This document shows positions 36,836-45,159 of a DNA stretch of 64,000 nt, piece after piece. This DNA is from a virus, in the IMG/VR virus record IMGVR_UViG_3300020392_000005; one strand, given 5' to 3'. Position 1 is the first letter of the stretch, and every line of letters starts with the position of its first letter. The notes below the pieces were generated by a model. That model did not search any database. It was not told the origin of the DNA and saw nothing but the letters and a program-made list of their open reading frames with translations. The position numbers were made by a program, and so were the translations under genes.

Positions 36836-37925
36836 TTTTTATCTCATTTTCATAAGGCGTCATTTTGATATAATGCAAACCATTTGCATTTAATATATCT
36901 TCACCATTTCTTTTCATCTTTTGACAATGTGCCTCTACAACTCCTTTTTCTTTGTAATCTTTTATTGTTTTTCTACACCCATTACAAATACTAAACATAG
37001 GACAACCATAACAACTCTTTTTCATAGTTGTTAATTTTAAATCATCTTGCAAAGGTGTAAAAAACTCACCTTGCATTTCTCTTTCAAAATCTATCTCTTT
37101 ATCTTTATCATCACCGAAAGCACCACAACTATAATAGTCGCCATCTGGTTGTAAACATCTTATACCCTCATCACACTTTCTACTTAACGGACAACTCGTA
37201 TGTTCAGTCTTAATTGTTGTCATCATTTGTTTTGTATTGAACTCCCAAGGTGAAAGTCCCATACGCCAGATATCAACATATATCTTATATATGTCTGATA
37301 ATAAAAATGGATTTTTCTGTTCACCACTTGCCATTGCATAGTTTAGTTTACACTCAACACCTGTTTTCTCATAACGCCAGAAGTTATGTAAAGTGCCTTC
37401 AGGTTCATTATTGTTTGACATCTGTTTTGCAAGTCTAACATTTTTGATTGCGTTGTGTACATTTTCTTCTGTAATAACTGATATAAAGTCAGGTCTATAA
37501 CCACAATATTCTAACATTGCGTCTGAACACTTCCAAAAGTCTTCTTCTGTAAATTCTGTAAAGTCACCTTTCAATCTACCACCACCATATTGAAAAGAAG
37601 TTGTGATACCTACTCTATCATTATTAAATAAGTCAACCCAACGACCTGGTTTCTTATAGAAAGGCCATAAGTTTGTTGTAAGTGCAAGTGAAGTATCGTA
37701 ACCTTTATTATCTAACCATTCAATAATCTTCCAGTAGTAATCAGGTGCCATCATCAATGGGTCACCACCATTTACGATAATAGTTTTTGTTTCAGGAAAC
37801 CTTTCTAAAAAACGAAATATCTGGTCGTGTTTTAACCAGTTTTTCTTTTCATTAGTCAATTGTGTACTTGAACAAAAAGTACATTTGAAATTACACAATT
37901 CAGTAGGTTTTATTATTAGGTCCAT
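36819..37925 (-). CDS. Radical SAM/SPASM protein
   Basis: IIKPTELCNFKCTFC, NGGDPL, TTNL; C..C...GDYYSC and CYGCPMFSICNGC...C. Confidence 0.93.
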   Translation of the reverse strand: MDLIIKPTELCNFKCTFCSSTQLTNEKKNWLKHDQIFRFLERFPETKTIIVNGGDPLMMAPDYYWKIIEWLDNKGYDTSLALTTNLWPFYKKPGRWVDLFNNDRVGITTSFQYGGGRLKGDFTEFTEEDFWKCSDAMLEYCGYRPDFISVITEENVHNAIKNVRLAKQMSNNNEPEGTLHNFWRYEKTGVECKLNYAMASGEQKNPFLLSDIYKIYVDIWRMGLSPWEFNTKQMMTTIKTEHTSCPLSRKCDEGIRCLQPDGDYYSCGAFGDDKDKEIDFEREMQGEFFTPLQDDLKLTTMKKSCYGCPMFSICNGCRKTIKDYKEKGVVEAHCQKMKRNGEDILNANGLHYIKMTPYENEIKNVNQA

Positions 37926-38536
37926 AATCCTATCCAGTTTAATCCTGTTTGACTTTCTTTGTTTCTAATCCAGTAATCACCACTATCATCTTTCTTAAAA
38001 CCAAATTGTGTCATAATTTGATAGTGATATGGTTCTTTTTGTGCAGACATCTGGTTCATTGTTAGATGTACATAATCAAAATATGTTCCACTAGGACATA
38101 TAATATCTTTATCTTTAAATAAGTTTATTGTTTCACACCACATTGTTCTTAATAATCTTCTTCTATATGTTGCGTCTTTTCTTTTCATATATCCTGCATA
38201 CTTCATAGACCCACATATGATATGGTCTTTGTAAATATGAAACATACCTACACCTTTAATAAATGTATTAGGCGTTTTAGGTTGTACCCATTGTTTCTCG
38301 CCTATTGTTTGTTGTGCAACATTATATAATTCTATGTCTTCTTCTTTCGTACCTAACCACAAAAGAAAGTGTGCTTGTCTTTCACACAATCTAGGCATAT
38401 AAGGTTTCTGTACAGGAAATCTATCTAGTTGTACTTCTATATTCTCTGGTAAATTGAGATTATTAGGTTGCAACAAGATTTCGTTGTACTCGTACATCTT
38501 CAATATATCTGTGCGTAAGTTTGTATACACACTCAT
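37916..38536 (-). CDS. Hypothetical protein in the radical SAM cluster
   Basis: ORF filling the gap between two rSAM genes; true start may be the internal Met (MYEYNE). Confidence 0.55.
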   Translation of the reverse strand: MSVYTNLRTDILKMYEYNEILLQPNNLNLPENIEVQLDRFPVQKPYMPRLCERQAHFLLWLGTKEEDIELYNVAQQTIGEKQWVQPKTPNTFIKGVGMFHIYKDHIICGSMKYAGYMKRKDATYRRRLLRTMWCETINLFKDKDIICPSGTYFDYVHLTMNQMSAQKEPYHYQIMTQFGFKKDDSGDYWIRNKESQTGLNWIGLWT

Positions 38537-39515
38537 TGAGTTCCTCCTTATATCTGTAATCGTGGTTCATAAAACAACCTAGTGTACATCTATCTAAAAA
38601 TTCACAACTAGCACAATTATATTTTTCTAAAAAACTATTTTCTATTCTACTATTATCTTTTCTTTTTATTGGCGACTTATATTGACTTAATGATTTTTCA
38701 TCTTGTACTAGATTACCACATTGACATAAAGTACCATCTGCTAATATAAGTTTTGATACTCTACAACTTGCAAAGTTTTTCTTATTGAAAATCCAATCTC
38801 TAACAGGATGTACATTAGGATATTTGTCTATACAATGTTTGAAAAATTTTAATAGTAATTCATCGCTAGGCATATTGTATTTTGCGTGTTCATCTGGCAT
38901 ATAATAATCAAAGTAGATATACTTACCACTCTTATAGAGATAGTCAAAGTATTCATCGCCTTGTTCTAAATAATATGTGATATTAGGTTTTGTAAGTAGA
39001 CAAGAAAAACAGGTTACTTCATCACCCCAATATTCTACATTTGATTTAAATATCTCAAAATCTTTTTTATTAAATCTACCTCGTGGGTCATAACTAGTTG
39101 TTAATCTAGTTTCAATACCTTCTTGCCTAGACCAAGTTATTAAATCTAGTATCTGTTCATTACCTTGAGGTGTGGTTACTAAATTAGATACCCAATTAAT
39201 TACACATTTCTTATTGTAATGGTCACATATCTTTTGTATACCTTTTACAAAAAGTTTATAACCTTCATTTAATTTCTTTGTGTAGATTGCAGGTGCAAAG
39301 ACTTCGCCACCCATAACATTAAAGGTAACTTTTTGCATTAACTCTTTTGATATAAACTTCTCTACTGACGGAAGTTTATCTAATACATTTTCAGTACCGA
39401 TAGTGTCTTCGTGGTTTTGCCAACAGAAAGCACAACGCAAATTACAAAATTCAAATAAATGAATAGTGTACTCTTGCTCTGGGTCTCTTTTTGGGTCTAA
39501 TAAAAACTCTCGCAT
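38463..39515 (-). CDS. Radical SAM/SPASM protein
   Basis: CNLRCAFC, MGGE, VSNL, SYDP.GRF; C...DGTLCQC and CASCEFLDRCTLGC...C. Confidence 0.93.
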   Translation of the reverse strand: MREFLLDPKRDPEQEYTIHLFEFCNLRCAFCWQNHEDTIGTENVLDKLPSVEKFISKELMQKVTFNVMGGEVFAPAIYTKKLNEGYKLFVKGIQKICDHYNKKCVINWVSNLVTTPQGNEQILDLITWSRQEGIETRLTTSYDPRGRFNKKDFEIFKSNVEYWGDEVTCFSCLLTKPNITYYLEQGDEYFDYLYKSGKYIYFDYYMPDEHAKYNMPSDELLLKFFKHCIDKYPNVHPVRDWIFNKKNFASCRVSKLILADGTLCQCGNLVQDEKSLSQYKSPIKRKDNSRIENSFLEKYNCASCEFLDRCTLGCFMNHDYRYKEELNECVYKLTHRYIEDVRVQRNLVAT

Positions 39516-39523
39516 TTAAACTC

Positions 39524-40636
39524 CTACGAGTTTGCGAATAGTCTATACTTTCCTAAAGTGTCTGTATCGTCTGATTTTTTTAATGAGAATAGATATTGTA
39601 AAAAAGAATAGTTAATATTACCTATATCAAATCTCGGTATGTACGATAGACTAGATGGACTATTCACCGTCTCGGTTATGATTGTGTCAAAATCTGATTT
39701 AGAAAGAGTTGACTTAACTGCCTTGTCTAAATGGTTCATAAAGTAATCAGGACTAGGTGAATTTTGAAAGTCGTATAGGTCTTTGACTAATTCTTTTAGT
39801 GCAGTTTGTTTTTCACTTGACAAATTATCAATATTCATTATGTTGACAGCACCATTGTTTGCAGTAGGTTTCTCTACAAATACTTCACTATCAGCGAAAG
39901 GTGCTAAAGGTGTAATGCCTTCAAAGACATTATCAGCATTTAAGTTGACATCATCAGCAGTATAACCTAATGCTTCTTGTTGATTAGTATTTAACAGATT
40001 GAGAGCTGCACCCTCTCTAGCGTCTGTAAATACTTCTTTGTAAAATCTTTTTAAGAATTTTAAATATGTGTCTAATAATTTATCTTCGTGTGTATCGGCA
40101 CCTGCAAAGTATTCGCCTAATAATAATTCTATTGATAAATTTAAATCCCACTCTTTGATAGTATCTAAATCTAAAGCACCTTGTACTCTAAAGTAACCTT
40201 TAACATCTCCTAGACCAGAATTTAATTGTGTCAAATCTAAAGTATGTGTAGGTTGCAATTGTGTATTTGCAATAATCTTTTCGTGGTGTAAATAGATATC
40301 TACATATTTTTGTATTGCGTCTTCGTCAGCGAAAGGCAACATAGTCTTTAACCATATAGTTACCAACTCTAAAAATGCCTGACTATCACAATATATAATA
40401 ATCTTACCTAGAGAATTACTTTTTAATCTTACATCATTAAAGAAACCTATCATACCATTAAACTTCGTTTTCATTTCGTTAACGCTATGAGTATGATTAA
40501 TTAATGTACCACGATAAGTTGTTTGTAGCTCTTGGTGCATTGCATTGCCTTTATCAGCAGATATAACATATCTGTTAGTATGACAATCAATACTATCGTC
40601 AAAAGTCATATAAACTTTATTAAACAGGTGTAGCAT
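39524..40636 (-). CDS. Hypothetical protein (370 aa) in the radical SAM cluster
   Basis: Long ORF overlapping its upstream neighbour; no motif recognised. Confidence 0.6.
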   Translation of the reverse strand: MLHLFNKVYMTFDDSIDCHTNRYVISADKGNAMHQELQTTYRGTLINHTHSVNEMKTKFNGMIGFFNDVRLKSNSLGKIIIYCDSQAFLELVTIWLKTMLPFADEDAIQKYVDIYLHHEKIIANTQLQPTHTLDLTQLNSGLGDVKGYFRVQGALDLDTIKEWDLNLSIELLLGEYFAGADTHEDKLLDTYLKFLKRFYKEVFTDAREGAALNLLNTNQQEALGYTADDVNLNADNVFEGITPLAPFADSEVFVEKPTANNGAVNIMNIDNLSSEKQTALKELVKDLYDFQNSPSPDYFMNHLDKAVKSTLSKSDFDTIITETVNSPSSLSYIPRFDIGNINYSFLQYLFSLKKSDDTDTLGKYRLFANS

Positions 40637-41312
40637 TTAGTACCTCTAAATCTTTTGTTCTTGCTTCTTTGTATTTCTTACTATCAAATTTACCTTCGGC
40701 AATCGCCCAAGTCATTAGAAACATAGGGTTTTCTTTAACACCCCAAAAGTCTAATAGACATTTGCCTTTAAACATATATTCTTTAAAGTATTTAGTATAG
40801 TTTTTAACAATTTTTTCTTCTGGTTTATTATAGTAGAAATAAAAATCTTTGTGTTTTAATAGACTAACAAAGTTGATACCTTTAGTATCTTCTGTTTCGT
40901 CTTTAGGATATAGGTCAACATATTCTTTAAATGCACCTTCTCCTACGATAGACATATTGTATAGTGGTAAACTTTCTAATTTACTTGCCCACTTATCAAT
41001 AGTCTCTAAATTTTCTGATATAAATTTTGCGTTCTTAATTTCTTTTACTAGACCTTTATGTTCAAATAGAACAATCATAGCAGCCTTTTCTAGTAATGGT
41101 ATGTTTACTAACATAGAACTCTCAAAATATTCTTTTAGTAATTCATCATCATAATTAGATAGGTCGCAAGGTATATCTAAATTACTTAAATATGTTAAGA
41201 ACTGAGCACCTTTTAATGTACTCTTTTCGTAATCAATCATATAACTTTGTGTTTTATCTTCAAAGTATTTTTTTAAATCTTTCAATTCAATAGGTACAAT
41301 AGTTTCAATCAT
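40620..41312 (-). CDS. Hypothetical protein (about 230 aa), translationally coupled to the CHxS-tail protein
   Basis: ATG at 41312 (MIETIVPIEL) overlaps the upstream TAA (TAATG); FLTYLSNLDIPC. Confidence 0.6.
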   Translation of the reverse strand: MIETIVPIELKDLKKYFEDKTQSYMIDYEKSTLKGAQFLTYLSNLDIPCDLSNYDDELLKEYFESSMLVNIPLLEKAAMIVLFEHKGLVKEIKNAKFISENLETIDKWASKLESLPLYNMSIVGEGAFKEYVDLYPKDETEDTKGINFVSLLKHKDFYFYYNKPEEKIVKNYTKYFKEYMFKGKCLLDFWGVKENPMFLMTWAIAEGKFDSKKYKEARTKDLEVLNATPV

Positions 41313-42085
41313 TATCTTCTTCCTCTGGATCCGTGGCACGAACCGTGGCACGAACTATGACAAATTGTTTTTGATAGTGTGTAAGTATTTCCTCTTTCAA
41401 CACCATAAGCACTTGCAAGAGAACTTAAAAAGTTTTCTAAATTACTATCGTCAATTACTTGACCTGCTTGTAAATTACTAGGTTGTGATGGGTTTAAGGT
41501 TACTCTTTGACTAGTTGTTAAGTGTGCGATTTCTGTTTGATTATATTGAGTACCTGCACCTGTCATTGATACAAACGCATTAGTACTCTTAATATTAGTA
41601 TAGTTGTTCATTTCAGCTTTTAAAACACTATAAATTGTATTCGCTTGAATTAATTGTGCTGAACTACCTAGATTATTACCATTAATAGAAATAGTAACCG
41701 CTGATACTTCTGTCATTGTAGATACTGAACCAGTCGCACCTGAATTACTACCTGTTAATATATCGTTTTGAACAAAGTTAGTTTGTCCTGAACCTGGTAC
41801 TACATTTCTTACTTTTAATACATTGTTTGAATAACTAACAACGGTACCTACGGTTCCTGAAATAGAACCTGTAACCGTTTCGTTAACACTAAAATTACCT
41901 GTTGCATTTACTAGGTTCAATTGCATACCATCAACTACTCCTCCGAAGTCAGACGCAGAAAAAGCACTATGTCCAGGTAAGTTATCTGTACCCCAAACAA
42001 TATCTTTATCAGCCACATCTGTTACCACTTCTTTAAATCTATCTACAATGTTTTGAGCAGTAATCGGATTCGTTAAATTTACCAT
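41312..42085 (-). CDS. Virion-like protein with C-terminal (Cys-His-Xaa-Ser)3-RGRR tail; candidate substrate of the radical SAM cluster
   Basis: Ends TICHSSCHGSCHGSRGRR; contains two F...E/D.(V/L)TG..SG..G.V modules also found in baseplate proteins of this window. Confidence 0.7.
   Translation of the reverse strand: MVNLTNPITAQNIVDRFKEVVTDVADKDIVWGTDNLPGHSAFSASDFGGVVDGMQLNLVNATGNFSVNETVTGSISGTVGTVVSYSNNVLKVRNVVPGSGQTNFVQNDILTGSNSGATGSVSTMTEVSAVTISINGNNLGSSAQLIQANTIYSVLKAEMNNYTNIKSTNAFVSMTGAGTQYNQTEIAHLTTSQRVTLNPSQPSNLQAGQVIDDSNLENFLSSLASAYGVERGNTYTLSKTICHSSCHGSCHGSRGRR
41331..41354 (+). repeat. 12-bp direct tandem repeat (CCGTGGCACGAA x2) encoding the SCHG repeats
   Basis: Directly visible; GC-rich relative to its surroundings. 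Confidence 0.85.
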
Positions 42086-43113
42086 ATCGCCTCACTTTTC
42101 TTTTGTGCCAGTTGTTTCATTAGAGATTTAGGGGCACCACATACATCGCCTTGCCATCCTAGTTGGTGACAATCGCCACCACAATATTTAAATACATCAC
42201 ATTCCCAACATTTTGGGTTTCTTGCTACTTCGCAAGCAATATTATTCAATCTCTTTGGATTATTTATAAGGTCTATCATAGGGTCATCCAGAGAACCGAA
42301 GTTAAACTCGGGACTTGCGTTAGGACAACCGCCTATTGTGCCTGTTGCGTTGAGTGTAAATAGTTTTTGTTCGCAATCACGGCAGAAAGTACCTTGTTTT
42401 GTGTTACCTGACTTAAATTTTGAGTAAATAGTTTCTAAAAATTCATTTTCAAACCAATCTCTTGCATTATATTGCTCTGATTGTTCGTGCATTTTCAAAA
42501 ACCACTTGTCTTGTTCAATATTTGTTGGGAAAATTTCAGGATGTAAGTTAGCATTGCCGTTTCCAGTCAATCTTTCTAGTGCCATTTCAGAAACACCCAA
42601 GTCTTTTACCCATTGTAGTAGTTGTATGGGTTCAATATTGACCGTATCTTTGGTTACTGATATAAAAAGTTTGATTGTTATGCCTTCAGACAATAAAGTT
42701 TCAACATTTTTACGCCATAAGTTAGATTGTTTCTCATTTGCGAAACGAATATTAGGATCCCAACTAGTTCCACATCTATTTCCTAGTGGACCTTTCATAA
42801 AATCTATATGTTCTTGTTTTAATTTGAATACGAGATTAGAAGTAACCCCATAAGATTGATGTTCCCATAGACCTTTTGTTCTATCGTACACATATTGCAT
42901 TTCAGATACAGGAACTAAAAAAGGTTCGCCGCCGTGAAACTCTAAATGTGCGATATCGTGTTTATGATAATTGAATTTTCTGAAATTGTGAAACCAATTT
43001 ATGATTTTATTTGTATCCCAATATACTTTAGGACCGTTCTTACCTGAAGTGAAACAATGTTTACAATTTAGATTGCAGGTTTCGGTTGTTTTAAGATAAA
43101 ACATCCAATTCAT
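42079..43113 (-). CDS. Radical SAM/SPASM peptide-maturase-like protein
   Basis: LKTTETCNLNCKHC, FHGGEP, TSNL, SWDP.IRF; CRDC...GTIGGC and CWECDVFKYCGGDC...C; start at MNWMFY (TAATG overlap). Confidence 0.93.
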   Translation of the reverse strand: MNWMFYLKTTETCNLNCKHCFTSGKNGPKVYWDTNKIINWFHNFRKFNYHKHDIAHLEFHGGEPFLVPVSEMQYVYDRTKGLWEHQSYGVTSNLVFKLKQEHIDFMKGPLGNRCGTSWDPNIRFANEKQSNLWRKNVETLLSEGITIKLFISVTKDTVNIEPIQLLQWVKDLGVSEMALERLTGNGNANLHPEIFPTNIEQDKWFLKMHEQSEQYNARDWFENEFLETIYSKFKSGNTKQGTFCRDCEQKLFTLNATGTIGGCPNASPEFNFGSLDDPMIDLINNPKRLNNIACEVARNPKCWECDVFKYCGGDCHQLGWQGDVCGAPKSLMKQLAQKKSEAIW

Positions 43114-43595
43114 TAGACAACTCCGATACTTAACCCCCAAGTATCTGCTTCGTTATCTACATAATGATATTGACCTTCCTTGATATACACACCTTCATCA
43201 GCGTATGCTATCTTATTCTCTCCTTCAACATTTACTTTCTTCTTGCCTTTAACAACATACAAGTAAACATCTAGGTCGTCTTTATGTGATTTAAAACTAA
43301 CACCTGGTTTTTGATTTACAAATAAATGTATATTACTTCTTTTCTTTCCAGTAATATTATGTACAACTTCGTCAACACACTCCGTTATCCATTTAGTTTC
43401 TTCTAAACCTTCCACCTTAATGGTTTTAAATCTCTCATACTCTCTCAACCATTCACCATAGGTCATATGTTCTTTGACCTCTCTATCTCTACCTTCTTCG
43501 TCAATGTAGAAAATCTGTCTTGCGTTATATCTATCGTGGGATTGAATTTCCTCTTTCAATCGGGAAACCCATAATTGCGTTTGTTCATCTGCCAT
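43113..43595 (-). CDS. Cupin/JmjC-like oxygenase
   Basis: SFKSHKD (HxD), V...VKGKK, YIKEGQYHYV, LSIG. Confidence 0.75.
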   Translation of the reverse strand: MADEQTQLWVSRLKEEIQSHDRYNARQIFYIDEEGRDREVKEHMTYGEWLREYERFKTIKVEGLEETKWITECVDEVVHNITGKKRSNIHLFVNQKPGVSFKSHKDDLDVYLYVVKGKKKVNVEGENKIAYADEGVYIKEGQYHYVDNEADTWGLSIGVV

Positions 43596-43606
43596 AATAT
43601 AATCTC

Positions 43607-44905
43607 CTATCTACCAACTAAGCACTCAACAAGTCTTTCCTCTTCTCTATCATCATTGATAAGAACTTTACCGACTAAAGCACCTACTCTAGGTTCTGCT
43701 TCTCTTCTACCACAACCTGGTTTAGCGCAACTTACAATTAAGTCACCTTTTCTAACTGGACCACATACTCTTACTGGCACTCTTCCTGTTAATGCAATAT
43801 TAACACTTGTACCTTCTAAATTATGGTTCATTAAATAAGCAGGCATATCTGATACGACACCTGCAACTTTTTGACAATGGTCTTCAACACATTGAGTTGT
43901 TTCAGCGTGTCCGCCTATACACATAATAGTACCTTCTTCGTACTCTTTATCTGAACTATATTTTTCTGCCAAGTCAGCGTATTGTGCTTGTGTAGCAGTT
44001 GTAGTTAATACATTTGAAGCAGGGTTATAAAATAAACCTGTATCTGTTTTTAGTCCTTGATTACCTGTAGGACTATCTGAAAAAGTTATATACTTCGTTG
44101 CGTTAGATGAGTTATCAGAAGTTAAAGCAACTTGATTAGCAACATCAGCAGTACCTGTGATAGTGTTTGCAACTAAAGTATCAACCGTTAAAGTTGATGA
44201 AGCAACATTTAATTTATCTATGGTTACTGAACTATTTGCAATTTGTGAAGTACCTACGGCATTGTTTGCTAACATTGTAGAAGTTACCGTACCTGTATCT
44301 CCAGTTGTGATTAATGAACCTGTAATATCAGGTATTGTAATTACTCTATCAGCAGTAGGATTAGAAACTTGTAATCTAGTTTCATTGTCGTCAGCAGTAG
44401 AACCTTCAAATAACATTGAAGAACCATTAATAGTTAATCCTGCACCGACTAGTGTACCACCTGAAGTAATACCACCTGTTGTATTTAATTGTTCATTACC
44501 AAAGTCAATTGTTCCACTTGCAGAAATAATTGAACCACTTGAAATCGTTATGTTTGATATCTCGGCAGATTGACCTACATCTATTGTAGATATACCAGAT
44601 AAGTTTGTATTTAAAGAAATGTTTAATGTATCTGGTGCTGATACCGTTGCAGTTAAACCAGTACCTGTTGAAACTAACATTGTGTTACCAGAAGCAACCG
44701 CCTGTGTGTTTGAGCCATCTGATAATATGAAACCAGCAGCCGCAATTGCGATTGAGTTAATTTCGTTTACAGCACCGATAACGGTAGTTGCAGATAAAGT
44801 TGGTGATAAGTTTGCAATATCACCAAAGTCATTAGCCGCAAGAGCATTAAATTCTACTCTTAACTTATCTAAACTATCTGTTTCTGATACTTGTCTTACT
44901 GCCAT
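43607..44905 (-). CDS. Tail fibre/fibritin-like protein with C-terminal peptidase G2-like intramolecular chaperone domain
   Basis: D.L..LRVEFN N-terminus; AQYADLAEKY, AGVVS..PAYLMN, IALTGRVPVRV.GPV.KGDLIVS. Confidence 0.7.
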   Translation of the reverse strand: MAVRQVSETDSLDKLRVEFNALAANDFGDIANLSPTLSATTVIGAVNEINSIAIAAAGFILSDGSNTQAVASGNTMLVSTGTGLTATVSAPDTLNISLNTNLSGISTIDVGQSAEISNITISSGSIISASGTIDFGNEQLNTTGGITSGGTLVGAGLTINGSSMLFEGSTADDNETRLQVSNPTADRVITIPDITGSLITTGDTGTVTSTMLANNAVGTSQIANSSVTIDKLNVASSTLTVDTLVANTITGTADVANQVALTSDNSSNATKYITFSDSPTGNQGLKTDTGLFYNPASNVLTTTATQAQYADLAEKYSSDKEYEEGTIMCIGGHAETTQCVEDHCQKVAGVVSDMPAYLMNHNLEGTSVNIALTGRVPVRVCGPVRKGDLIVSCAKPGCGRREAEPRVGALVGKVLINDDREEERLVECLVGR

Positions 44906-45159
44906 TATTTGTTTCCTTTATCGCATAATGTTTTTAATATATCTTTTATCTCAAACAATTCTGCCTTTAAATTATTTATCTCTCTACACATATCCTTCAT
45001 TGCGTTAGTTGAGTTTTCTCTATTCTTTACTCTTTGCATATACATTTGATATTCAGTTTGATTATTGTTAACGATAGCACCACTTCTGTTATCTCTAACT
45101 AAAAAATCATTATGTTGTACTTTAATAAATCTACTCATAATACTATATCGCCAATGCAA
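44905..45159 (-). CDS. Small conserved hypothetical protein
   Basis: LVRD..SGAIVN...Y..Y and C-terminal coiled coil; probable start MSRFIK. Confidence 0.6.
   Translation of the reverse strand: MHWRYSIMSRFIKVQHNDFLVRDNRSGAIVNNNQTEYQMYMQRVKNRENSTNAMKDMCREINNLKAELFEIKDILKTLCDKGNK

Noticed and set aside
41331-41354. CRISPR-like or regulatory DNA repeat
   Set aside because: Only two adjacent 12-bp copies, in frame, fully explained by the peptide repeat.
41312-41362. c-type cytochrome heme-binding motif
   Set aside because: Spacing is CX3CH rather than CX2CH, and there is no signal peptide; kept only as a speculative alternative.
34323-43113. One of the radical SAMs being PqqE acting on the phage PqqA
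   Set aside because: None shows the PqqE-type CPLxCxYCSNP motif, no PqqB/C/D is in the window, and pqqA lies 20 kb away, while a closer Cys/His substrate sits inside the cluster. Not formally excluded.
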